This document shows positions 42,231 to 55,576 of a DNA stretch of 64,000 nt, piece by piece. Where the stretch lies: positions 187,674,001 through 187,738,000 of the forward strand of contig OX597814.1 of the NCBI GenBank assembly GCA_951406725.2, read 5' to 3'. This DNA comes from Octopus vulgaris (lineage: Eukaryota). Position 1 is the stretch's first letter; every line of letters begins with the position of its first letter. The translations under genes and the position numbers were made by a program. Under the pieces are notes generated by a model, which was not told where the DNA came from, searched no databases, and was given only the letters and a program-made list of their open reading frames with translations.

Positions 42231-42265
42231 TGTACATATGTATGTATGTATGTGTGTATGTTTGT
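41955..42265. repeat. Compound (CA)/(TA)/(TATG) microsatellite
   Basis: Direct observation. Confidence 0.9.
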
Positions 42266-42518
42266 ATCATCATCATCATTGTTTAGCGTCCGCTTTCCAT
42301 GCTGGCATGGGTTGGACGGTGCAACTGGGGTCTGGGAAGCCAGAAGGCTGCACCAGGCCCAGTCTGAACTGGCAATGTTTCTACAGCTGGATGCCCTTCC
42401 TAATGCCAACCACTCCATGAGTGTAGTAGATGCTTTTTACGTGCCACCAGCACAGGTACCAGACGAGGCTGGCAAACGGCCACAATCGGATGGTGCTTTT
42501 TTACGTGCCACCGGCACA
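42266..42518 (-). mobile_element. (GAT)n-tailed RTE-like SINE, truncated
   Basis: Homologous to 3893-4229. Confidence 0.85.
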
Positions 42519-42595
42519 TAGCTTTTACATTCAATTATAATAAAAAAAAGATTTACATTAATTTAAAGGGTTAACCTAGTAAATACAAATTTATC

Positions 42596-42717
42596 ATTCT
42601 TAAACAAGAATATTATTGACAGTAACTTTGAAGTTTTGGCCAGCTAAGCATCATCGGGCAATGGCTCAGCTGGAGCAAACTTTGAAGCCACTGTCAATAA
42701 TATTCTTATTTAAGAAT
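42596..42717. repeat. ~122-bp imperfect palindrome (fold-back or MITE-like)
   Basis: ATTCTTAAACAAGAATATTATTGACAGT... pairs with ...ACTGTCAATAATATTCTTATTTAAGAAT; pairing continues for ~55 bp. Confidence 0.85.
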
Positions 42718-43008
42718 TATATACATACATATAGATATAGATAATTATATACACATTTATACATATTTATCATAACTCACTGTTTTAACAACCACTTTTC
42801 TATGCTTGCATGGATCAAAGTTTATTGAGACAGGTTTTCTATACCTGGGTGCCCTTCTTATTATTGCCAACTGTCACCTGTTTTCAAGCAAGGTAATTTT
42901 TCCCCATGGTCAGACATGTTTTTGCAGAATATTGGAAATGAATGACACAGCTTCTAAACAGTGACGCATATTTACAACTCATCACCAAAGTCAAGACAAA
43001 GATACATA

Positions 43009-43020
<12 letters not shown>

Positions 43021-43089
<69 letters not shown>

Positions 43090-43530
43090 TTACAGTAATA
43101 TATATATATGTATAAAAATATATAAATATATAAAAATACATATATACATATATAAATATATATATACATCTATAAATATATATATGTATAAATATATGTA
43201 TGTATAAAAATATATAAATATATATATACATAAATATATATATACATATATAAAAAATATATATATGTATATATATGTATATATATATATATATATTATA
43301 TATAAATATATATATATATACATGTATATAGATATACATATATATATACATATATATATACATGCATATATAAATATATATATACATGTATATATAAATA
43401 TATATATACATGTATATAAATATATATATACATGTATATAGAAAGACATGTATATAAATATATATATACATGTATATAGAAAGACATGTATATAAATATA
43501 TATACATATATATATAAATATATATACATG

Positions 43531-43569
<39 letters not shown>

Positions 43570-43582
43570 ATAAATATATAAC

Positions 43583-43636
<54 letters not shown>

Positions 43637-43650
43637 ATATATATATATAT
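43021..43650. repeat. Long (TA)n-derived low-complexity tract with higher-order CATGTATATAAATATATATATA units
   Basis: Direct observation. Confidence 0.9.
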
Positions 43651-44072
43651 TACATGATGGACTTCTTTCAGCTTCTGTCTGCCATATCTCTACCTACAAG
43701 GCTTTAATCAGTCTTTTTTAATTATCTGCCTTTTATAAGAAAATAAATGTAATTATGGGAAAAGAAACAGTCATAAAGAAGAATTGTTAATATCCATGAT
43801 GACACATATGTCAAAGATAATGCAATCTCAGACATCCTATTTTCATCGCCTGATACAACATTGTGAATTTTTTTTTTTAAGAAATACAATAACTCTTGTA
43901 ATGTACTTCAGAATAATGTAAGTACCCTTTCACAGAATAACTATCTGAACATTATTCTTCATATACAGTGTATCAAACAAAGAATATATATATTTGAATG
44001 TGATCCAATGATGGAACCGAAATATGTGTTACATCCTGCCAGACAGTTATACTGTTCACATTCATGCTAGAG

Positions 44073-44322
44073 CAGGGGTCCCCCACTACTGGACTGCAGA
44101 CCAGTGAGTGCCAGGCCACACACAAAGAATACCTCCTTTAAATTTTGTTTCTATTTTATTGATTATTGCAGTCTGCAGTGTGCCTTTCTATTATATATGT
44201 AATAATTAAATTATATATTATGCACTTCATTGTGTTTTTTTGTGAGTCACTCTTGGTCCATGGATAAAAATTGCCTTGCATAAAACCAATCTATGGTGCA
44301 AAAAAATGGTTAAGAACTACTG
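44073..44322. mobile_element. Decayed hAT (Charlie-like) MITE
   Basis: Ends CAGGGGTCCCCCAC / GGTTAAGAACTACTG; TSD eroded. Confidence 0.55.
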
Positions 44323-44925
44323 TATTAGTTCTTAATACTGGTCTACCATACTGTTTGCAACACCTTTTTACAAGAATTTAAATGTCCTTAAGATATTAAT
44401 TAATACACTGCATCATACATTTCATACATTTTTTTCTTCTTTTACTTATTTCATTAGAGAAATAACAAAATTTCAACAAATATCCTGCCTTATCTGTAGC
44501 TACTACGTTTTTGGCCAAGTTGGCTTTCAACCAATTTGTCCTTTGGATAGTATGCTTTTGACAAATGCGTTTTAGATGAATATTCTTAAACCCAACACGA
44601 CTAAGAGCAGACATTACATTTTAATCTTACAGAAGTCATTACAATTTTTTCAGACTTCTTCTGTATCAGATTCATCTATTTGTTTTCACAACCATCTTCC
44701 ATACCAGCATGGGCTAGATAAATATATTATTGAAGGCTTCTTCCATAGGAGAATGTGCTTCCTGTTGCTAACCCTTATGTATTTTCCAAGTAAGAAATAT
44801 CTTATTCCTTTAATACTTTAAAGGTGCAAAGCCAGTGAATAAACCACTGACAGGAGAACTGATAACACCATCAATATTTGTACTTGAAGGACTTTTGGAA
44901 GAGGAAAAATGTAAACAAATACACA

Positions 44926-44979
<54 letters not shown>

Positions 44980-45007
44980 CACACACATTTACATATTTGT
45001 GTGTAGA

Positions 45008-45040
<33 letters not shown>

Positions 45041-45859
45041 GTCGCCTGTTATGTTCTTGTTCCATTTTTTCTTTTTTTAATATATATATATATATATGTA
45101 TATATATTCACACATACATATATAAACATATATATAACATGCATGCACACACACACACACATACACACATATATATGTATACACACACACATGCATATAT
45201 ATATATATGTACACACATATATATATATATACACACACATATGTGCATATATATATATATAGATGCATGTACATTAATGTGTGTATATATAATTATATGC
45301 ATATACATGTATACATATTCATACATACACACACATACATGACTATCCCTGCCTGTCCCCTTCATAACCCACACTAATCCCTTCCCTTTCACCACTCCCT
45401 TCCATAACCCACCACCACCCCACCCCCACCATTATTGCCTACAGTTACTCTTTCCACTACTACCCTCTCACCAACTATAAAACTGCTCCTCTTGTAATAT
45501 TTACTCCTCCACCCCACCCTATTTACCAGCCTACCCAAAAATATTGCACAATATCCCATTCTCTTTCAGTTGCTTTTGCCAATTACACGGCTGCTGCAAC
45601 AAAAGAAGCACCAAACACACTCTGCAAAGTGGTTGTCATTAAGAAGGACATCAAGTCATAGAAACTGAAAAGCCATGCCAACGGATATTGAAGCATAACA
45701 TAGTCAGTATTCTGACTCATCAGATTTTGTTAAGCAGTCCAACCTATGTCAGCACGTACACACATATATATATATATATATTATATATACTAACATTTTC
45801 TACTATACTATATATATATATACTCTCTCTCTCTCTTTCTTTCTTATGACTGAATGAAA

Positions 45860-46230
45860 TAGGCTGTGTGATAGGAAGCTTGCTTATCAACCACATAGTT
45901 CTGGGTTCAGTCCCACTGCACAGCACCTTAGGCAAATTTCTTCTACTCCTCAGGCCAACCAAAGCCTTGTGAGTGGATTTGGTAGATGGAAACTATAAGA
46001 AGCCCATTGTGTGTGTGTCTTTGAGTCTGTATTTGTCCCCAACCACTGCTTGGCAACCAGTGTTGGTCTGTTTACACCCCTGTGACTTAGCAGTTTGACT
46101 GAAGAGACCAGTAGAATAAGTACCAGGCTTAACAAAAAATTAATGGGGTTGATTCATTCAACTACAATTTTCTCAAGGGTGTGCCCCAGCATGATTGCAA
46201 TCTGGTGACTGAAACAAGTTAAAAGAATAA
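45860..46230 (+). mobile_element. Family A tRNA-headed SINE
   Basis: Head, core and tail motifs as in 16949-17328. Confidence 0.85.
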
Positions 46231-47258
46231 AAGAAGAAATATATATATATCATCATTATCATTGTTTCCACTTCCATTTTTCCATGCTTGCCCAGGTCAG
46301 ACACAATTCATAGATTGAGGCCCAACAACACTGCTTGTGAGGTGGTAACACTTATTTGCAACTATCATGCAATGCCAAAACAAGGAGACAGAGGCACACA
46401 CAACAGGCTTCTTCCAGTTTCCATCAATAAATCCTGTCACAAAGATTTGGTCAGCCCAGGGCTGTAATACAGGACATTTGCCCAAGACGCTGAACAGGAA
46501 CTGAACCTGGAACCATGTGGTTGGGAAATAAACTTTTTAACCATTCTGTCCGACTGCCACCTCACACCCACATATACATGTATGTACATGTAATTGTGAA
46601 CATGTGTGTGTGTGTATGTGTGTGTGTACCTCCCTGTGTTGACATTGCATGATAGATGTAAACTGCATCACTGTTATATAAGCAGTGTCCAGCTTCCAGG
46701 GAAATATTACCTAGCTTGGAAACAGAGGAGAGTTGATGACAGGAAGAGCATCTGGTCATGCAAAAATCTGCTTCAAGAAGTTCTGTCTGACCTATGCAAG
46801 CATGGAAAAGTGGACAATAAAAAGTTGATGATGAGGACGATGTATATTTACATAAATATATATAAATATAATAAATACATGCATACATTATATAGAAATA
46901 CCATATAATTACATATAAATGAATATATATATATTTATATATGTGTGTATTTATGTATGCATAGACATATATAAGATTCTTTATGCATAACATATAATGT
47001 ATATAAATAATATGCATACAAATATATAATGTACATAAATTGTATGTATAATATATATACACTTGTATATATAATGTATAATTGCATGTACACAATATAT
47101 AATATAAAAATGTATGTGTATACATATGTACTTAAGTATGCATATATGAGTGTGTGAGTGTGTGTGTGCAATTATAATATTGTATACAATACATATATTA
47201 GATATCTAAATATATATGCAAATATGTTATATATATTACATATATATATATATATTAT

Positions 47259-47598
47259 AGGTGCAGGAGTTGTGTGGTAAGTAGCTTGCTTACCAACCAC
47301 ATGGTTCTGGGTTCAGTCCACTGCGTGCCATCTTGAGTAAGTGACTTCTACTATAACCGGGTTGACCAAAGCCTTGTGAGTGGATTTAGTAGACGGAAAC
47401 TGAAAGAAGCCCGTCGAATATGTATGTGTGTGACAACGGATGGTAGTGTGTTTACGTCCCCGTAACTTAGTGGTTCGGCAAAAAGACACCGATAGAATAA
47501 GTACTAGGTGTACAAAGAATAAGTCCTGGGGTCAATTTGTTCGACTAAAGGCGGTGCTCCAGCATGGCCACAGCCAAATGACTGAAACAAGTAAAAGA
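47259..47598 (+). mobile_element. Family A tRNA-headed SINE
   Basis: Head, core and tail motifs as in 16949-17328. Confidence 0.85.
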
Positions 47599-50500
47599 AT
47601 ATATGTGATATTTATATATGTAAAAATATACAAATACATGTATATATGCATAATATATACAACTATTATATACATAGATGAATATATATATATATACTTA
47701 TATGCATATATATGTATATAAACATGTATTATATATATATTACACATATATATAAAAATATTATGTAATATATATATATATCTTGAGTGGTTCCCATTAA
47801 GAAGGGATGTAGACACTGGAGCATGATGCAGACTCCTGGCCTGTTGGGTATTTCAAACTGTCCAACCCATGCCAACATGGAACATGGACGTTAAATGATG
47901 ATGACGATATATATGCATGCATATCTGCATGTATACACGCACACTTACATAAACAAAAGAATGGTGATAGCTGTATTTGATTAGTTATTTCGTGAACTGT
48001 CGACAACATCTATAGGAAGAGTGTGTATAAAATTATTTATTACTCTGTAAAGTTTGAAGTATTGACTTTGAACCGAAACACTCTCCTGATCCTACAGACC
48101 ACAGTAGATTAGCCGTTACTTTCCCTAAAATAGACATTCTCTGAAGTGGTTACCTGATCAATTAATTAATAACCAAGTAGGCTGCTGGGAACTGGTGGTT
48201 ACCTCTCTCAGCCAGATTTATACATCTTAACTTCCCTATAATAACTTCGCCAAGTCTAACAATATAATTATAGTAATATGACCCAGTTTCTTTATTTCAT
48301 TTGTTCTTTTTTTTTCTTGTATGTATGTATGTTAATTATTTACAGAATACTCCTTAAACTATATCAATGGTGAGAAGAAAAAAGTCTAATACAACAACAA
48401 AAACGACACTTGTCTATTTGAATAAATTAAAATATAACAGCTTAGTGGGAAATTAGGAAACTATATCTGCATTCACCTAAAAGAAAAATCAATAACTGTC
48501 AAACATCTAGACCAATATCGTATCTGTGATTAAAAATTTAACTGGAACAATAAATAATTCATCTTACATAGAAATAACACAAGTAAACAGCTTTATGCTA
48601 GTTTTTGAAAGTTTTAAAGAACAACAAACTAAGATTTCAGAAAAAACACATTATCAACGAGAATATAAATTATTGATTCCTTGTCGCCAGGCGCAATGTC
48701 AATTTTTCTTAGGGACAGAAATTATAATTGACTGAACTGACAGTACATTATTGATACTTATTTTATCAAATCTGAAGAGGATTTGAACTCTGATCACTCA
48801 GATCAATGAGGTACTAAATAAACCAAACGCAGTAAGGTGTCGAGACCAATATGTTATTGTCTCTACCACCTCTAAACAAACCCTATTGCAAACGAACGGG
48901 TTGTAAATTCTTCAATTAAAGAAAATCATTACTGAAAATAAGAAGAAAAAAAATGATATAGAATCAATTTGTTTGATTAACCGTTTTAAACACATCATTC
49001 TTATTAACTGGCTTAACAAGTCAACTGAGAAGTTGAATGGCAAGAGGTAATACAAGCAATATCAACTGATAGCTGAGAGATCAATAAATCTACTACATAG
49101 GTTGTCAATGTCAATCTATCCTAAGTAGATAAATAGAATCATAACTGTGAGTTTACTCCACATAAATAAATATATTGTAGCCAGGCATAAATAACAGAAA
49201 CGAGTGACAAAATAAAAGAGAAATATAAATTTGGTTATCAGCAGTAGATGTCACAGAATATAATTGGGTATATATTTTGTGCGTATGTGTGTGTATAATC
49301 AGATTGATTAAGAAAACAGTGATCAGTTGAGTGCTGTCAATATACTTAGATCTGGCTAACATTTAATAAGATAAGTAGCCAGAAACTACTAGTTTCCGCA
49401 AAATAATAATAATAAATAAACAAATAAATGAATAAGCTCAGCATCACAAAACACACTAATTTGCCTTTATAAATGCCGCGCTTTTGTTCAAATAAAGACT
49501 GAAGCCAATTCGTAGCATTTGTGTCAAATGCAGTGCAGGTTAGATTTTATGTATATTGACATAACGTAAACACTTTCGCACAGAGAGAGAAAAAAAGGCA
49601 TAACAAATGTGGTGCATGGTTGGTAGTTTACGAATTTATATAGAAAAAAATTCTCTTCAAACATATCTCTGAAATATCATTTTAACTAGATGAACGATAA
49701 TCATCGTAAACGCCTTCACTGGTTTAAAGTGTATATAAATAATATAAGTCTTTAGCTTTCACAAAATACATACTATTTAATGCAAATAGGCTAGTATTTT
49801 CGGGAAAGCTAGTATTTTCAAGAAAATTATTACAGGAATTTGTAAAACGTATATTTTTTAATGATAATCATAGTATCAAAGATGTTATTATAGTGACATA
49901 TTATAATAGCACCTCCGAACAAAATCGTTTACAAAAAAATGTTCAGTTTTCTTAATACATGAACAGAAAACAGAATTCTTCATCTGTTTGTAGTATATAA
50001 AATTCTGATGTGAAATTAAACTTTTTCGTAGCGTGTTCATAAACTTTCTAGGTTTTCATTATATTTGAATATATTTTCAAAACAAGTGATGACACGAGTA
50101 ACAGAGCGGACAAAACGAAAGTGAATAAAAAAAGTGAGTGGAGGTACCACAATATAAGAAAGGTTGAATCCATAACTAAAACGGTAGGCATCAAGCTTTA
50201 TTGACAATTACAGAGCTAAAATCATTCACAGAAAAGGTTTTCCTTCATGCAATACTTGTTCTACGAAACAGAATGCTTAGCATAAGTTTAACCGGCACTT
50301 CCAAGAGACTGGATTGAACCTCATTCCTCTGAGTATAAGAGGCACTTTGGATGACAAAATATCTGTCCGGTTATTATAGTAACCGAATTTTTAAGGTAAT
50401 GAGGGAGAATAAGATTAACTTGCTTGTCTTGAATCTTAACAGTTTGAGTTAAAGCTGACAAAATCCATTCTAAAAGACAACAATATTTGCCACTTCATTA

Positions 50501-50619
50501 GATTTTCAGGAATTATAAATGTGCATAAAAACGATACCCAATCAAATGAACTTTATGCAAAGGTGTATGTATGTATATATATATATATATACATGCATGT
50601 ATGCATATATATACTCCTT

Positions 50620-50667
<48 letters not shown>

Positions 50668-50710
50668 CCATATATCGATATCCATAGACTCTCTCTCTCT
50701 GTCTCTCCCG

Positions 50711-50748
<38 letters not shown>

Positions 50749-51004
50749 TATAATATTAGGGAATATATATATATTATATGTACACATACCCATTTACGTA
50801 CTTGTATATACGTGAAAGGAAACGAACCTGTATGTGTGTATATATATGTGTGTGTGCAGACATATACATACGTTCATAAATGTAATTATATATACATATT
50901 TAATACCCATATATTCGCACGCACATACCCACATATGCATACATAACACATACATAAATATATACACACACACACATACCCACATAATTATCATACAATC
51001 ATAT

Positions 51005-51053
<49 letters not shown>

Positions 51054-51684
51054 TATCCCCCTAATATCCTAGCTAAGATAATGATAATGATTAGCATGAA
51101 ATGAGCAGTTCTGATTTATAAGAGACCCATGGAATTAATTATATTAGCGACTCAAATGAAGAGTCACTGCTGTCAATATGAAAAAGGGATCGGAATACAA
51201 CAATAATATGGGAAAGTGTAACTGAAATATTAAAGCTAACATTTATTTCATTTATCGATGAAAGGCGCGAAAATAAATGATGAAATATAATTTGTCTAGT
51301 ATTTTTTATAAACACGGTATTTTTTGCGGTTGCAAGGTATATAATAATAATAAATAATAATAGTAATAATAGTAATAATACGGGAATTTTTATGTCAAGC
51401 AATATAAAAACATCTGACAATAGGAGTTGTGATCTGTAGAGGAGAAGAAAAAAAAGTGGATCGTTATTGTTTGTCCTGGTCTTAAATCATAAAAGAGTAA
51501 ATACAGGAAGGTATCCCACGGAAACAGTAAATAAAATCTGGATAGAAGTTTTTCGGGTGTGTTTGTCCCGCCATCAATAAACATGAGAAAGGGAAGAGGC
51601 CGTTTTAAAGAAGGGATGATGATGATAAATGATGGTGATAATAATAATAACAGTTATCGTAATATGATAAGAACAGTTATGATG

Positions 51685-51724
<40 letters not shown>

Positions 51725-52076
51725 TATAATAAAGATGATGGTGATGGTGATGATGATGATAAAAATTAATAGCAGTAATGATATATATATAAAGACGGTG
51801 ATGATAATAATATATCTATTTAAGGGAGCAGACAGAAAAAAAGGTCTCAGTGAAAACTGTCAGCGATGGGGACATTGAAGAGGCTAAAACGATTTAGTAG
51901 ACACGATTTAATAAGAAGAAGATAGGATCGTTATGTATGTATGTATGTATGTGTATATTAAAAAAAAGATAACACAAAAGTATGGATCCCGATGATAGCT
52001 GAACAACAATCTAAAACGACTTTATTGTTAGCAAGGGAAATGATATGATGAAGGGCACAAGTCCATATATACATAC

Positions 52077-52112
<36 letters not shown>

Positions 52113-52225
52113 GTATATATGTGTGGTATTATTTTTTAAGATCATCATCATCATCATTTGTTTAAAAGCATTTTTTAAAAATCATCAACAAAGCGAAATA
52201 ATTTTTCTTTAAAAAAACAACTCAC

Positions 52226-52889
52226 CAATTTGTTGCAAATTTCAGAAATCTCTTCTTTCTAGGTTTATTATTATTATAATATTTTTTTATTATTATTATT
52301 CCTAGGCAACACAACACATTGACCAGAATCCAAAACTGTTATTTGTAAAAACTCCGGTGTGGAAAATTACTCACTGCTTTTAAAAAGCCAGAAGATATAT
52401 ATATATGTATGTATGTGTATATATATATACTATGAAGGGGAAAAAAAGCTGTTCAGGTTTAAAACCCTAAAAGATTTATCCGGCATTTAAACTCCGTTAT
52501 ATTATATTTTTCAGAACTGTTCCACATCCATCGTCCAATTCACAGTCAATTTTTGTTTTGTTTTTATTTTGTGCTTTTTTCCTCTCTCTCTCTCTTTCTC
52601 TCTCACTCTGTCTCTTTTTCTTTCTTTCTCTCTCACTCTCTTTGTATATCTCTCTCTCTCGCTCTCTCTCTTTCCCCCCGACGAAGCTAATTAAGTAAAC
52701 CAGCAGCAGAAGAAGAAGCAGTCAATAGCAACCATTATTATTATATTACCAGCGTTCGACAATTTAGTACTCTTCTTACGGGTTTTCAGTTGACGTGAAA
52801 CAATAACACGCGTTCGGAAATGAATGAACGAATAGAGGGAATAGAGAAAACCTGTTCGAAATGAATAAACGAATAAATGAATAAACTGA
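52226..52889 (-). other. Candidate non-coding first exon of a large minus-strand gene
   Basis: Donor TTG|gtgagt at 52226 (alternative GCA|gtgagt at 52375); GA-repeat UTR-like body; initiator-like TCAGTT at 52889-52884; lies within the CpG-retaining domain. Start is a guess. Confidence 0.45.
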
Positions 52890-54168
52890 GGGAATAAATT
52901 TTTTTTGTCTGTTATTGTCGATTGTTTTCCGCTTTTTTTTTTTTTTCCTCCTGATTATTTTTTAACTAAGAAAGAATACACGAATAAGAGATCTACCGAA
53001 CGAGTTGCAGTGGATGACGAAAAATAGAGAAAGACAGAGCGGGATAAAGAGATGAGAAGAAAGAGAAGAGAATATATGAGAATGAAGAGACAAAAAGAGT
53101 GAAGGAGCGGGAGTTGTGAGTAAGAAAAAGAGGGTTGACAGTAACAGTGAGTAAGAGGAAGACAATTGAAAAATGAGGGGGTGAGAAGGTTGTGCATAAG
53201 AAAGGACAGGTTAAAAACGAACGAGAGAGGGGTGAGTTATTCGAGAGTAATGATTTAGAATGAGAGTTACGGAGAGAGAGCTGCGAGTGATGATGAGTGA
53301 GAGAGAGAGACGTAATTGTAAAGGAAGAGGAGGGTCAAGAATAGACGGAGAAAGTGTTGAGTTAAAAAAGGGAGGGAGCGGAGAGAAAAAAAGAGGATTA
53401 TGAATAAATAAGAGAGGGTTAAAAGTTAAACAGAGAGGAGCATAAAAGTAAGAGAGGAAGTAGTGAATGGCGGCCTCTGTTGACTGCTGCGGTCTCAGCT
53501 GAAATATATCACAGCTTCTAATGATAGTCGTCGCACTATGACTTACTGAGAACTACACACGCACAAGGCTATATCCATCTACTAATTCAGTCATAGGCTT
53601 TTCTCTCTTTTTGTGTGTTCAAATGTTTTTTTCATAGTCTTTAAGTAAACATAAGTTTATTGAGAGACTGACCGCACACAATTTAGTCGTTTTTTTTTTT
53701 CCTTCTCATATTTTCATAATCCTTTCTCTTGGAAAATATTTGACTACAGATAATTACATAGTTTATAAAGAAAAAAATATTATACTTGGTTGAACAAGCC
53801 TTAATTCATTTAAATTAAAAGCAAATGACAATGAATTTTTTGCCACAAGGACAAAATAATAGCAATAATAAAATAATATACAACCTTTTTTTTGAAAAAA
53901 AAGTTGTAAGATAGTATTTCATACTTTCAAATCTATTCTTTTAGCATTATTAATTATCCCTATGCCATCATTTTTTTAATTAGTTTTAATTGGAAGAAGC
54001 AAAAACTGATTTTTGTTTATTTATTTATTTATATTTGTTACAGTGATAATAATTATTTAAAGTCTAGATTTAATTATTAGTTTCATTTCATGGTCGAAAT
54101 TAGCAACTTAATTTACTCTGCTTATATTTTTCACAATACACACTTCCTTTAATATACACATAAGCGCT

Positions 54169-54203
<35 letters not shown>

Positions 54204-55500
54204 GTAAAGATAATTAGCATCCAGTAATTGGTTCTTTTATGAATGTATTTTTTGTTAGTTATTTGTTTTTTCTCGAAAAGCTTTCATTTATAATTATTAT
54301 CATTATTATATTTGTATTATATAAATACATATAATATATGTATATATATATATATATATATATCAGTCGCTTTGAGAACTGCCAAGCAAGCTTGCTACTT
54401 GCTATATTTCGTTGTTGCTGCTGCTGTTTGACTGAGGCCAATTAAACTTACTAGAAAGCCATCAAGCCGTCAAATAGAATGAGATGGAAATTAAAGAAAA
54501 AATAAAAAATAGAAAATATATATCTCAGAAGTGGCGGCTTTGTTACTTCAAACAAGAAACATTTGAATGACACACACACTCACATCCATCTATCTCTCTA
54601 AAACATAGGCACTGAATGATACACACACACACACACACACACACATACATACATACTCACACACACACACATTTATATATATACATATATCATTCGGCTT
54701 TTACTTGTTCCAGGCCTTAGTCTGTGGCCAAGCTGGGGCACCGCCTACACGAACGCAGATATCTTAGCGTACATAAACATGCAGAGATGTGCCGCACTCG
54801 CCCGTATAGAACATACGTATTAATCGAGGCACTCACGAAAGACATACAAAAAGGGAATACATATACACACTCATATAAACAAGGCTGCAGCAAACACACA
54901 CACACATAGAATCTAAACAACACCTCGATAAGACGGACGAACGAACACACACACACATGTAATCATACACAAACACATACATCGACAATATATACACGCG
55001 TATGTATGTATGTGTGTGTGTGTATATATATATATCAGAGAGAGAGAGAGAGATGATTCTAGACAATCATCTACATCACACACAAAGAAAAAATTTAAAC
55101 TATTCTTCCAAATATTTCGTCCAAACTAGACTGTTTTATCTCTGATTATTTTAATCTTGTTTCATTTCATCTTTTCTGTCTCTTTTCTTTTAGTCATCTA
55201 TATTTGCTCATTTGTTTATATATTTATTTTATATATATCCTATGTGTGTGTGTGCATGTATATATATATATATGTGTGTGTGTGTGTGCATGTATATATA
55301 TATGTGTGTGTGTGTTTGTGTGTGCGTGTATAAATGTAATGTATATGTGTGCACATGTATGTTTATATAGATATATATGCGTGTATGTGTGTGTGTATAT
55401 ATATATATATAATTATTATTATTATTAAGTCAAAAGATCTGATCTGATGATTTTCGTGAAGATTCCTCCTACTCTTTCCTATTTCACGTCTTACTGTTAC

Positions 55501-55576
55501 CTCCTCCTCTTCCTCCTACTCCCACTATCACTGCCACCGCTTCGCCGCCTCCACTTTGCTCGCCGCCACCCGAAAA
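55501..55576 (-). other. Candidate GC-rich exon or 3' part of an alternative first exon
   Basis: Minus strand ttttttctttcttttcttcctag|TTTTCGGGTGGCGGCG...GAGGAGGAG|gtaacagtaag. Confidence 0.35.
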
